Assembly: GCF_964204645.1 (NCBI RefSeq) | Contig: NC_134034.1 | Location: forward strand, 9,312,962-9,376,961 | Length of the DNA stretch: 64,000 nt | DNA from: Tubulanus polymorphus | Taxonomy: Eukaryota; Animalia; Nemertea | Direction of reading: 5' to 3' | Shown here: piece by piece, positions 14,136 to 27,356 of the stretch | Numbering within the stretch: position 1 is the stretch's first letter | Layout: every line of letters starts with the position of its first letter | Notes under the pieces: model-generated | Told to the model about the DNA's origin: nothing | The model's database searches: none | What the model saw: the letters and a program-made list of their open reading frames with translations, nothing else | Program-made: the position numbers and the translations under genes

Positions 14136-14584
14136 TATGACCTACTACCTGGATCGTCTTATCCAGCAGATAACACGGCCCATGATGGATCAGCAACCAA
14201 CCGGACCAATAATTGATCAGCAGGAAATATGAAACCAGGATGGATTTAAACAACGTGTTACCGTCGTTGGTTCCTCATTGTCGCATTTAACTCTTTGAAT
14301 TAGTAAGTGTGTATTAGTTCTTTAGTTTAATCAATGTGTTCGATAGTTTCTTACGGGCAAATTCAGCAAAAGTTGATATCGGCTGCATGATTAACTTACC
14401 CATCCTTCCCGCGGCAGGGATTAGAAACTGATGGTATCGCAACAACCTGCCACACTAGACCGGGCTCGCAGGTACATGCGCAGGTTTCCCGCAAGAAAAC
14501 TCGAGCTGAGGAAATTTCATTGATCTATAAAAAAAACCCGGGCTAAAATAAACGGGGTCCCTGACGGCTAATTATGACGTCATC

Positions 14585-14665
14585 TAAGCTGCGCAGGTAG
14601 TGGGTTCGAATCCATGCCGGGGAAGGACGCATTTTACCAGGAGAGTGTCTGACAGTTGTTTGTAG
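14585..14665 (+). mobile_element. tRNA-derived SINE fragment
   Basis: B-box GGTTCGAATCC with no tRNA acceptor stem. Confidence 0.35.
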
Positions 14666-15155
14666 CGGGTTTTTTGAAAGGATATTGATCGCGATCAGAA
14701 GAAAGTAGGATGGAAAATATTCAATTGTTTTGTTGGTGATGTGATTCAATCTTTGAAATTTTACTTAATCAGATAATTCAATGTTCGATGTCCGCCGTAC
14801 GTTATCTTTCTGCCATTTTGTAAATCGTTGGTGGAAAACCCGGTGATTTCGGTAAATATCTCATCCTGCAGGGTTTTTACAATGTTATAAATTGCCATAT
14901 GACTGCTAAACTTAGATAGGAGGGTAAGAACTACAATCTGTTTAACTTATCCACGTCGTCTTGAGGCCTCTCGAGTCAAAAGCGGAAAGATCCTTGATAC
15001 AGAAAGATAGAAAAATATTATCAATTGTGTTAGATACTTGTTAAGACTATGTACACAGCCCAAGTATCAAAATGTCTCAATTCCTCAGACGGTAAAAAGT
15101 CCAAACGGAAATCAGTTCACCGATAGATTTTTAATGCAACATTTGATTGACGAAC

Positions 15156-16844
15156 TTATTGTGTTTTCTTAAAGACGAGCACGAGACCAGGGTAGTCGAC
15201 GTAATAGAACGGAATGTCTATTGCGGTGTATTCGCATATTCCCTCTTTTTGAAGTTTGTCCACGAATTGCTGGTAGCCCTGGTAATGTTCCGTTTCTAGA
15301 TAGTTCTTTCGGATGCAGATAAACACGTAGCCACCTAGAAGATAAATTTAATGCCTTGGGTCTAGAGACACGAGCGCCAGCATCAGGTTCCATGGTCGAG
15401 ACTTCTTTAATTCAAAGTGGTCTTAAATCTTAACATTGGTCTCAAGTTGTTAGATTGGCCCGAGAACAAAAATGAGCCTAGACTGGTCTAAGTTGTTAGA
15501 TTGGTTATAGAACCAAAATGAGCTGGGACTGGTCTTAAGTTGTTAGAATGGCTACAGAACCAAAATGAGCTCAGACTAGTCTTAAGTTATTCGATTGGCT
15601 ACATAGAAATAAGATGGTCTTAGCCTTGAATATGGAACCCGCTCCTGAAGACTACCGGATTGTCAGAAGTAGGTTCTCTTACTGAATAATCATTCTGCAA
15701 CAAACAAAGAACACGATTGAATTGTTCCTACCTGTTTTAACTATTCTCAGTAATTCAGTAATTGTTTGGTATTTGATATGATGTGGTATAAACGCACCCA
15801 TTGATACTATGTTATCGTACGTTCCTGAAAGAATCAGATACATGAAACAAATAAAACCAATTAACCTACACAGAGACCTTCCACCCAATTCTCTGCGTTA
15901 AGCCATGGACTCTTCGTTATATAGTCCACCAGATCCATTGTCGTGTGTTTGGTATAATGCATTTAGATTTTATTTACGAACGTACCTGTCTTAATAGAAC
16001 ATTCTTCAGTTTCCGTAATGTATTCGTGGAAGAACTGCCGGTAACGTCCCCTTCTCATCGCTTCCTTGGCCAGTTCTTCGGACGGATCTAGACCATCGAA
16101 ATCTCCCGAGAAACCGACTTTGCGTAACTATACACATTCGGGAAATAGAAAAGAAAAGCAAAAATCTATTAATTATGTATGTAATGTATATAAGCGAGTA
16201 TCATATCTTTCGTTCCACCAAAAGTGCAGCCATGTTTGTTATCATAATTTGTCCCTTAAGTAGTAACGAATGTACTTTGCTCGTCCCTGGGAATATCATT
16301 ACTCTCCACCACACACAGTCACCCGTGAGGGAAATACTAAACAGAATCTCTATCAAAATCTATTATCAACGTTGAATGTACTAGATACTTTTTATAGAAA
16401 TTCGTACAAGAAAACAAAAATATCATACGCCTGATAAGATGTGATAAATGTGTGTATATCTCACCTCCTCAGCCTGTATACCAGTACCAGCACCAACATC
16501 TAAGAAGGTAGCTTTGTCGTCCGTTACATAACGACGTACGATTTCAGCTGTTGCAATCGGGCCTTCGTAGGAAACTGTCCTTACCCCCTAAATTAGAGAA
16601 AAAAAACTCGTTTAAAAAGACTACGATACTAATACCGTTCATCATTTCGTTTTTATTTTTTTTAGATTATTCCAAACAGGACAAAACAGAAAGGTAATAA
16701 ATAACTATTTCATGAACCAATTACCTCTTCGAACCGAGCACCTAATTCGTTGTAAACATTGGTCAGCTCTTTTTGGTCCTTTGTACCCAAAAGTTTCTGA
16801 GTGACGACGACCATAAATCCGCTATCGTCTCTACTGCCAGGCAT
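15156..16844 (-). CDS. METTL27: METTL27/WBSCR27-like class I SAM-dependent methyltransferase, ~218 aa; exons 16725-16844, 16465-16587, 15986-16127, 15732-15824, 15156-15334
   Basis: All introns are GT-AG with matching phases. The spliced protein reads MPGSRDD...YNELGARFEE-GVRTVSYEGP...FLDVGAGTG (motif I)...GFSGDFDGLDPS...GTYDNIVSMGAFIPHHI...ELLRIVKTGGYVFI...PGLVLVFKKTQ*. Confidence 0.85.
15385..15640. repeat. Dispersed repeat family with internal ~50-bp subrepeats (GGTCTTAAGTTGTTAGATTGGCT); further copies near 17175-17290, 42070-42390 and 50890-51125
   Basis: Shared motifs such as GACTTAAGTCC, AAGACCAGTC and TTGTTAGATTGG recur on both strands across the window. Confidence 0.6.
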
Positions 16845-19700
16845 TCTAAAATATATATTTCAATTTAAATCAGCATCCCTAATGCACTTGTTTTAATTAA
16901 CCATTTTACAGCTGCTAAGCCCCTATTTTGTTAAGGAGCTTTCGGCCTGCATTGTTGGATCATTTCTCCCTTCTTAAAACCTTATTGTTTGTTACGTGTG
17001 TTTCACGAGTATTTGGCCGGTCCTTCAATGGATTTTAACGACTTTGGAAACATAAAAACTACGTGAATCTCTAGTTTTCGAGAATCTCTGTTGATTTCTC
17101 AAATTTGCAACATTGCGACATGAGACATGCGATTAGTGCGGTCATAGTTTTTGCTACACGGATACAAGTTCTGGGGACTGGTTCCATAGTCGAGGCTTAA
17201 GTCCAAGAGACGACAGTATTGTAGTTACGTTGTTAGATTGGCTGTAGACCTAAGATGGTTGGTCGTAAGTCTAGGTCATGGAACCGGCGACAGGATTTTC
17301 AATTTAGATGTTTTGTTTTTAAAAGTAATATTCCCAACAGTTCAGACATTTCGGTAACTGTGCCAGATACACGTCACCAACGAGTGAAATCTTAAACTTC
17401 CACGCTTCCATGTCATCCTTTAACTTCACCAGTAATGAAGTTGAATTATCTAAAACGAGGGCTTACGGCTGAAAATAACTGTAGCTAAATTTCAGTGTTG
17501 ACTGTATGCTCATCATGGAAACTTAGTTTCTGGTCTTATCTACTTCGAATGTTTTTCGGAGGAGAGAAAATGCACAGTAGAGATGATCCTAAGTATTCTA
17601 AGAGGGCTCATGAAAATAATATACATAGAAACATATGATATATACGTGTATTATATTCGCTTTATAAGATATCTAAATTCCATACTCCCTATATAGAGGC
17701 GGAGCATGAATAAAGATTACCTTAGTATTTTTCCCCGATCGCGCCCTTCTTCCAAATGGTGTCAGTCCCGCAACGGCATCTGAAATGTAAAGAAAATACT
17801 TTTCAGCCCCCTTAAAAACACCAATCGTGGTCGTTGATTGGTTTAAAGTCCTCATCCAATCAAAGCACGCACACAATTCCAAACGCACTGCAATCAGATA
17901 ACTTGATAATCTAGAATATGATATTCACACCTATGCCTAACTATATATGAGTCGACTCAGTAGATCGAACCACAGATTGAAATTGGTAGCAAACGCCAGA
18001 TTGAGCGAAACCATAGATCGAACCTGTCGTAAACGTATTATGGCAGCAACTGTGAGACGAATTCAATTTCATTTTAGTTTGTCCCTTTTTTCAAAGTCTG
18101 AGAAACAAATTTATACTCAAGACGACATCCCGACGATAACAATCTATACATAACCGAGGTAAAACCTGCTCATTCCAGGGATATTTATCAAAAAGGTATC
18201 AAATCATATACATGCTGACTATACACCCACCATACGGTACAGCTTATAATTAAACGTTCATTTTCTGTTTCGTTTACGTTTAAAACGTAAATTGATTGGC
18301 GTTAAACGCATAACCGTACATTGTTGTATGTAAATTCAACACGCAAACGACGTGCAAATAATTCTAAGCGGTACCGGAATGACTGTTGTATTTGTTCCTA
18401 TTTCTTTGTTTATTCTATTCTATTATTGATCGAATGTTGATACAACAACGATTCCGCTTTAAAGTTCATGTACTTCAATACTTCATTACTTATTTCATGT
18501 TTTCTTTGCGGTTTTTCGTGTTCGCTACAATGTCATTACTTGTGGAGCAATAGACTAAACCGAACTGAAATGAACTGAACTTAACGATATAATATAATTG
18601 GCACTATCTTTCAGATAGTTTGTCCAATATATTTCACAGGTGAAAGTACAAGTGTATTCCGATTAGGAATAATAGGAATAATGCAGTTCAACTCTGGTCT
18701 CCTCGACCAAAGGTCTGTGTACTTCGACTGAGACGTAAAAATCACGAGTGGAATGTTACACAGCGGGTGAACACCTCTGACAGTCGTGTCGTTGAAGAAT
18801 GTCTAGTTCGCAAAGCAGGTCATTCAATTTTGGAGTAATCAGACTGATCCAAACAAGGTTCCTCTCTACACGTATAATTAGCATATCATATCTCAGGGGT
18901 GGATCTAAAGCCTGCTTTTGCAGAACTTATGACACACTGAAAGAAATATCTTAAATTGAAAAGGCATATTTGCAGGCGTAGCGTTGATTAGACGCATTTT
19001 GCAGCATTTTGAAGTTGAAAAAAATTGATCTTGCCAGACAAGTTGATAAGATTCCGACTAATAAGGCATTAAAGGAGTAAAAATTAAGAGTTCATTATTA
19101 AGAAAAGGGAACTCAAAACATTTGTCTTGTACAAGGCCCAAAAGACCTTACTGACCCATATCTGTGTCTTCTATACCACACACACACATAAAATAGTGAG
19201 TTCATATTCATTTCTGAAACCGAAACGCCTAACTCGCCTAACCCTAACTCGTTCAATCCATCGTTCATATTCGCAAATATTTGAACTGGTACATTATAGA
19301 TAAATAGATAGATAGTGCCACTGGAACGCGTGATACATGTAGAGAATAAAACTAGAGTTTATACGTCGTCCATGCATCATAAATTAAACCGCTTGATTTC
19401 CTGGCGAGGTGGCTTATTACGAAACATCGCTACACTCAGCCACGGCGCAAACCCCTGCAAGCCCTTTTTCAACATTTTTAGTCGCCATTGAAATCATGTC
19501 CTGTCAAAAGACACTGTCTGGCGAACTTGGTCACCGCAATTTGAAACCAGACACAAAATTAGACTTTGACACGAAGATTTGATTACCAACGATAGTGTTG
19601 TTATAAAAGTGTAGAAAAGACGGGTTAGTTTTAGTTTATTTATTTTGCTCAGCAAACATACATTTGATTAGAGCACCGATACAAATTTGCAATAGGCCAC

Positions 19701-20059
19701 TTTAGCAAAGCTATTTTCTGTCCTATTCTCGAAGAATGGTCGACGTCGGAAATCCGGAACAGAGCGAAAGAGTAACGAGCGAACTATCAGTTTGGAATAC
19801 CAAAACTGGACTGACTTCATTTTTACACATAGCTATTTACATAACACAGATTCAGACAGGTTGAGACATGGAAAATGATACAAAAACAAAGGTGACGAGT
19901 AGTGACATGACAGTGAGACAAACAACAATTAACACATTCTGACACAGACAAACAGTCTCAGAGGACAATGGGATAAGATGGAGACATATAACAATAAAGA
20001 AATACGAAATATAGATGAAATATGTATAACAATTATCAGTGACATTTAGTGTTGTTAAA
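19701..20059. repeat. ~360-bp direct repeat, copy 1 (copy 2 at 23639-24000)
   Basis: Near-identical to copy 2; the same minus-strand ORF tail (SSETVCLCQNVLIVVCLTV...) appears twice in the ORF track. Confidence 0.9.
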
Positions 20060-21287
20060 CCACACAATGAAATACCCCAGTTTTTAGGCGTCATTTTGTG
20101 GTGCGCAATCGAGGTCCCTGAGCTTGCATTCGTTGTTTCAGAGCCCGTTGACAAAAGTTGGGTTTTCAATTGTTGTACCAAAGCCTTTTGTGTCTTAGGC
20201 TTTTAACAAATGGTGAAAACTGTTTCCATGGTACCTATGTAAAATTATATTCAACCACCAAATTGGCCCAGATACCAACCGTATATAACCTAGCTACCAC
20301 GATAAACAGTAAAAACGTCCGCTGTTATAATTGGGTTGATTGGGTTGATCCCCCCGGGAACAATCCTCCGGTAAACATCCCACAAGGTAAAAATCCCTCA
20401 GGTAAGAATCCCCTCTCGTAAAAGTCCTCTTCCCCGAGTTATAGATATTTTCAAAACTACGATAGTATCATTTTTATGCGCGTACGTAGCTTGGTAAAAG
20501 GCACAGACTATCCAAAACACCACGGAAGATTGGAAATATTTGAACGAAAAAGTTTTTCAACATAACAATATTGAAGTACTTCATTGAATTTCGCTGTGAA
20601 ATCAAATTTGGGGGCGATTTTACCGGGGGGAATTTGACCTGTTACCGCGAATGTTACCTAATCGAAGAGGTTTCCTCGACATCGGAAAAGAAGAAGAATT
20701 TCAATATTGAAGTAAAGATCAGCGATGAATTCAACACGTGGCATACCTACTGTAAATCAGGTTATAGAGTTAAACTGAAATATCTAACAATGAAAATATT
20801 ATCGTCTATAGTTTAAGTCACCCCTGCAGTTAAAGTCTATAGCTATCCCTACAGCATTGAACCCCTACTAATTCGCTCGTCGTTGAAACAAACCGGCATT
20901 TGTTTTGAATTAATATTACAAATCAGTTGGATCCGTACGCGTCTGAATCAACAGTCGCATTGAACACAAACAGCAATAAAACAATAATCAATTGGCGGAA
21001 TTAGAAAATAACACAAAAAGCCATGTTTCACAAAGCCTTCAATTCAAACAAAACTGTTCGCTTTGTCTGATAGAAAACTACTGTAACTACGCAATAAAAG
21101 CTTTTAGATGCAACTTCAGTTTGGTTTGGGGAAAGATAAAAGAAAAGCCAGTTAATTCATAATTTATCAAACAATGATTTCATGCAGGTTTTTTGTTCGC
21201 GTTTAGGAGTAATCTACACAATGGATCCATTTAGATTCGTGTTAGTTTTGTTTTCGTCTGATTAAATATAATTGACATCGAAAAATG

Positions 21288-21370
21288 TATAAAACAGTTA
21301 AGTTTCTGAAGGGAGGATGTAGTGTTGCAGTGTTGAGAAACAGTGACGTCTTACAAGCTACAAATTGAAG
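21288..21370 (+). promoter_or_regulatory. TATA box and probable non-coding first exon of the His/Gly/Tyr-rich gene
   Basis: TATAAAA near 21288 followed by a strong donor GAAG|GTAAGT at 21370/21371; acceptor TTTTTTTTCAG at 21943. Confidence 0.55.
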
Positions 21371-21509
21371 GTAAGTGCAGCATACACTGAAGGTAGTTTC
21401 ATTATGGACTCTACGAACAGTTTAAGAGTTTGCGAGTCTATGATTGAATAAATTAGGGGAAAGTTTCATAGACTACGTAGGATTCAGTTTCATAAACGTG
21501 GGATACAGC

Positions 21510-21870
21510 TTCATGGACTAGGAGTCAGTTTCATGGTTTAAGTGTCAGTTGTACTAGGAGTCAGTTTCATGGTTTAAGTGTCAGTTGTCATAGACTAGGA
21601 GTCAATTGTCATAGACTAGGAGTCAGTTTCATAGACTAGGAGTCAGTTTCATAGAGTAGGAGTCAATTGTCATAGACTGAGTCAGTTTCATAGACTAGGA
21701 GTCAATTGTCATAGACTAAGAATCAGTTTCATAGACTGAGTCAGTTTCATGGTTTAAGTGTCAATTGTCACAGACTAGGAGTCAATTGTCATAGACTAAG
21801 AGTCAGTTTCATAGTTCAAGAGTCAGTATCATTGACTAGGAGCCAGTTTCACAGTATAGTAACCAGTTTC
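21510..21870. repeat. ~20-bp minisatellite (GACTAGGAGTCAGTTTCATA variants) in intron 1
   Basis: Tandem units visible directly. Confidence 0.85.
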
Positions 21871-21968
21871 ACTGGGGGTTTGTGGCATATCAAGTCCTGA
21901 TTCCGGTTTGTTCAATGTTTATTTTGTATCTTATTTTTTTCAGCGCAGGCAGTTGTTTTAGTGTGAAG

Positions 21969-22874
21969 ATGAAGTTAATATGTTTAATGGTTCTGTTCGT
22001 GGCAGTGTGCGGTACTCTGGCTGCCAGGAACAAATACAGGAAACGAGATATGTATCATGGAGATGATGATGATGATGGCGAATGCCAAATTTCTCATCAG
22101 AAGGTGCATATTTTCCTCAAACGAATTCATTTCATACGTGTCTCTTATATCGATGTGTTGCATTTTCTGTAGGGCAGTTTGTTAATTCTCCCACTGACCA
22201 CCAGGTGGCCATACTGTAATGTTCAATTCCTAACGATAGTTTATCCATTTTCACAGAATCGGGTCTTGCGTGCTTCGGAAAGACTTGGTGGTAAAGTTGT
22301 CGGCAAGTTCCTCGAGGTTTTATCCTGTGAAGATGGGGACAAAATTGAGAATCTCGCTGCGACGTTAGAGTCCTTCTTCTACGATTATGAATTCGGCAAA
22401 AAATTGTGCAAGGTTTTCACGACGCTGCTCAAGCACCAAATGATATCAATCGATCATGTGATCGAACATCTGAAATCAGGCATTAAAGAGTTGAATAACA
22501 CGTACCAGACAATGTTGTCTGCCGAAAGCGGGCACACAGGTCACCATGATGATTCGACCTATCATGGATCACATGGAGGTTCATATGGGAGTCCGAGTTA
22601 TGGAGGTTCTGACGATTACGGGGATGATTCGACCTATCATGGATCACATGGAGGTTCATATGAAAGTCATGGTTATGGAGGTACTAGCGATTACGGGATA
22701 AATTCGCCCTATCATGGATCACATGGAGGTTCATATGAAAGTCATGGTTATGGAGGTACTAGCGATTACGGGATAAATTCGCCCTATCATGGATCACATG
22801 GAGGTTCATATGGGAGTCATGGTTATGAAGGTACTGGCGATTACGGGATAAATTCGACCTATTATGCAAGTTAG
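21969..22874 (+). CDS. Secreted protein with His/Gly/Tyr/Ser-rich 25-aa repeats, ~250 aa; exons 21969-22103 and 22257-22874
   Basis: Signal peptide MKLICLMVLFVAVCGTLA, basic processing site RNKYRKR, phase-0 intron AAG|GTGCAT...TTCACAG|AAT, then four 75-bp repeats encoding (D/N)S(T/P)YHGSHGGSY...DYG. Confidence 0.85.
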
Positions 22875-23638
22875 CAGGGTACCCATATCATCAAGGTTCT
22901 GGTGGAAACCCAAGTTACAGAGGCTCTACTAATCAAGCGAAGCACGGCCATTAGCAAAATATAAAATCTCGAATCAGTCGTAAAAATGTAATCGATTGGC
23001 ATTCAAATTAAAAAGATAGTATAGTCAGCATTAAATATATTTTATTAATATGTTCTGTCTTTATCGCGGGTATAGCATCTCCGGCACTTTTAGGTAAGTC
23101 TAAAAGGGGCTTCTGTGGCTCTGTGGCGCTTAGTGAGATTTTTCTTCTTTTTAAAGAACTATTGCGATCACGTACAGTAAGATGAAAATCGTATTTTATT
23201 TGTGGAGCGAAATTTCAATTCTCTCCCGGTGATTCGATTAAAAAGCGCCATCTGCGGGCTAATTGTGTTAAGACATTGTTAAAGCTAATGCAGGTTTGTA
23301 AGGGACGGACTCCATCATATATGAAAACAAATCAAAAACGAAATCTACCCAGTCAAATAAACGACTGGGTCACTTCCAATTTCAAGATGAAAAGAAACAT
23401 CTTTGCTTTCCGAAGAAGAGTACAAGCGATATTGCAAAGTATCCAAACCCCTTGAACGGCACGACAGCGCCTAAAGTCGTAATCGAAGAAACGAACTGAT
23501 GGATTAGGTATGTTTTGATTCTATTTCATATCTTTATAACAACGAAGACGTTAAACTAACAACGCGAACATATGATAGAAATTGCTGTAAGTTCGAAAAC
23601 AAAAATGACACTGCACACTGAATACGGATTAGAGATAA

Positions 23639-24000
23639 TTTAGCAAAGCTATAATCTGTCCTATTCTCGAAGAATGGTCGACGTCGGAAATCCGGAACAG
23701 AGCGAAAGAGTAACGAGCGAACTATCAGTTTGGAATACCAAAACTGGAACTGACTTTATTTTTACACATAGCTATTTATATAACACAGATTCAGACAGGT
23801 TGAGACATGGAAAATGATACAAAAACAAAGGTAACGAGTAGTGACATGACAGTGAGACAAACAACAATTAACACATTCTGACACAGACAAACAGTCTCAG
23901 AGGACAACGAGTAATAAGATGGAGAAATAAAACAATAAAGAAATACGAAATATAGATGAAATATGTATAACAATTATCAGTGACATTTAGTGTTGTTAAA
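23639..24000. repeat. ~360-bp direct repeat, copy 2
   Basis: Matches 19701-20059. Confidence 0.9.
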
Positions 24001-24914
24001 ATAATATATACGAATGAAAAACAAAATTACATGATACGGATCAAACACGCACGATTTCGAACTCCAAATAATACCAGACATGAAGGCGTTCATTAAACCT
24101 TACATATCTAGTAGAATTGACCGATTAAAATGAAGCTAATTTCATAAAAATTCGACAAAATACATTTAAAACATGTGTAACTTTACGCAGCGCAGTTTTC
24201 GGTTCGTGCGCGGGGGTCGCTGTCAGGGAGGATGTACTACAATACGCTCCTCTGATTGTTTTCATTGTTTTCTAGATATCTTTGACGAAATACGTTTTAA
24301 TTCCAATAGGAACTGACACCCTAAATTTATCCAATCACTGACATGACACCATGGATCGACGTGAAACTCCAAAATGTTACACGTCTCTTGTTTTGACAGT
24401 ATAATTATTTGAAGAAATAGAATTAAAAAAACCTCTTCCGATCGAATTTGGAGCTTTACCAAGGTTGCTGGTAAATGAAGGTACTTCAGGCCCGCGTAGT
24501 TATGTACAGGGGTCGATATTCAGTTCGATATTCACGGAAGTGCAGTGCCACCGCTCAAAACCCCTCCCTCCCAGAAAATTAATCAAAACGAGGAGCAATT
24601 TTCACTGCTTCTGGTAAACTGGATGAATCCTTCGGTTCTTCAAATCATACGGTCCCCAAAAACATTCACATAATTTCTCTACAATTTAGTTAGTTTGGAA
24701 CCTATTTTGAACGAGAACTAGCAAAAAATGTGACCAATAAGGTCAGTTTCTGAGTTTTCTTTAGGTTGACATCAGGAGGCCATGCAGTTTCTCATAAGTT
24801 GATTAACCGGCGGATAAATACAATACTGACAGTGAACTTGTAACGCTTTGGTAAACGCTAACAATTTTATGTGGAGCAAATTGGCCGCCAGAGGGCGGAG
24901 TCTTGTAATCGATA

Positions 24915-26290
24915 AACAGTCATTCTTGCTGAAGATGAGAAATCTCTCCAGTCACATTTAGATACATTATTTGAATATTGCGCCGACAACGGCCTCACGG
25001 TGAATGTTGATAAAACTAAAATATTAGTCTTCGCTCGAAGTAAAAGCAGGATTAAACGAATTTCGAAATTCATGTTCAGTAATCGGTAATCAGGAGTTAG
25101 AGATAGTTGAGGATTATGTGTATCTCGGAGTGAAATTCAATTAGAACGGTAGTTTCGCTAAATCAAAAAAAAATTCTCTATGATAAAGCTATGAAAGCTA
25201 TGTATTCTATTATTCAAAAGGCAGACGTCTGAAACTTCCAGTAGATTTAATGTTTAAACTATTTGACATGTGTGTCGCTCCTATCGCGTTGTACGGTTGC
25301 GAAATCTGGGGATATGAAAACCTTGACTTATTAGAAAACCTCCACTGTTTATTTTGTAAAATTATCATGAAAGTTACAAAATATTCCCATAACCTTCAAG
25401 TATTAAGGAGTACGGAGTTAGGACGCTTTCCTATGTATATAAGCGTAAAGCATAGAGCGATTAATTGTTGGGTCAAAACGATTGAGTGCAAACAAAGTAA
25501 ACTTAGTTCGATTCTCTATAAGATATCTTATAATTTGTATCTGAATAATAGGTTTAAGAGCCCCTGGCTGTTATTTATTAAGAAGACTTTTGATGACTGT
25601 GGCCTTTCGTATATCTGGGCACAACAATCTATGGTAAACTCTTGGACTTCTCCAAAACAATTACACCGTATACTCCGTGATCAGCATGTGCAAGAGACAG
25701 AATATAGGCTAAATAATAAACCGTTATACATTAATTTTAGACAATATAAGAAGGATATCAAATTTGAAAACTATATAAATCGGCTTGATGACGACTTAGT
25801 GACCAGTTTATTCCAGTTCAGGATTGGGTCTTATCTCTTACCTGTAAATAAGTTGTCAAATCTCCATCTACCGAGAACTGTCGGCATTTTACGCCGACTT
25901 CACGGTGTGTTTATTACTATGATCACATGATCACGTGAGTGTCACGGTAGGCTGAATAGGGCTGAAACTGTTTTTAAAATACCGTTTGTGTGAAAGAGAC
26001 ACGCAAGCTGTCACAACGTATCCTGTATATAAAGCTGTAAATAAATATATTCTATCGTTGAAACCTGAGTCCGTTCCTCGTTCAATTGGACACCAACGAA
26101 TTCCCGACAAGAACCGATAGATTATGTTCCACCTGTAACGTTTTAGGCGACGAACTACATTTCATTTTTGACTGTAAATTACTTACCGTATTCCGTGAAA
26201 GCTACCTAAATTCAAATACCTTTCGCAATCTTGATGTTTTAAAAAATCCAACTTTTAAACTTTTAATCCAGAATAAACGAATCCGAGACA
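24915..26290 (+). mobile_element. 5'-truncated, frameshifted non-LTR retrotransposon (LINE) ORF2 fragment: end of RT plus C-terminal zinc-knuckle region
   Basis: Fragments TVILAEDEKSLQSHLDTLFEYCADNGLTVNVDKTKILVF, DYVYLGVKF, PIALYGCEIWG, ELGRFP and RLCSTCNVLGDELHFIFDC. Frameshifts are present and a solo LTR interrupts it. Confidence 0.88.
25879..26109 (+). mobile_element. Solo LTR (231 bp) with a 5-bp TSD, inserted in the LINE
   Basis: Termini TGTCGG...CCGACA; AGAAC duplicated at 25874-25878 and 26110-26114; internal TATATAAA (26026) and AATAAA (26040). Removing it restores the LINE frame LPRTDRLC. Confidence 0.88.
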
Positions 26291-27356
26291 AGATTTCAAC
26301 AGATGCGGATAAAAAATGAAGCTGACGAACCCATGAAAGAATGGTTGTCGCCAACTTCAAGATCAACAATGAATTTCACAGAAAACACCCATGAAAAACA
26401 CTGGCACCAAAAGTGCCCCTGAAATTTTAAAAATTAGGCAAAAAAGTGCCTTTTTTCTTCAGCATTCACCGCGAATTAAAGCCTGAGCGTGCCCCTTGAA
26501 AAGGCAAAGTGCCCTTTTCTTCAACATTTTCCGCGTATAGTGCCCTCTTCTAAAGTACGAGTGCCCCTTTAGCCCTCCCTGAAAATGCAAGGACAATGTC
26601 CCCTCATCTAAAGCATAAGTGCCCCTTGAAAAAGGAAAGTGCCCTTTTTAATTTATCATGATTAAAGGCCTAATATCTAATATGATTATCTCTCCTCACT
26701 TTCTTGGCAGCAGTATTTACCGATTTATTCTATAATTATGCCTGGATTCCGGACACGGAATAAGCGGTTGCTGAAATAATGCCGTCAAAAATATTGCCGG
26801 TGAAATTTCGAAGGGCACTTAAAAATTCTAGACCGTATTGGGCAATACGGCTAATACGGTCTGGATCCGCCCCTGCAGAGTCCCTGGAATGCTTCTTGGT
26901 TTTATAATCTAGAAATAGTTCACTGGCGGTTTGTTTTGAGAAAAACCATTAAGCCTGAAATTGCCGATTCGTATTCGGCAGCGGTGAACCGCGGCGGCCA
27001 CCCGGCGGCCGATATTTTTTTCCTCGGCCAGCTTATGTAGACTGATGAACCGAGTTGCCCAATAAAGATCGATGCATTTTCATGTAAAGAGTGTAGATTA
27101 CTTAAAGAAATATTTAAAAGAGGTACTAAAAGAGTTCTAACAGAGTTTCAACGGAAAAACCGCCTGTCGTCCGGACTTGAGGTCCGATTTTAAAATGTCC
27201 GCTCCATGAGTCCGCACTGTACTGTACACGCGCGCCGTCTATCGACGATAAGCTAAACTATCGAATAATGGCGAAATGAAAATAATTACGTGAAATTTTG
27301 TTTTTGGGAATTACGATAACAACGCACTATGACAAATGTGACATGAAGGAGTCGCG

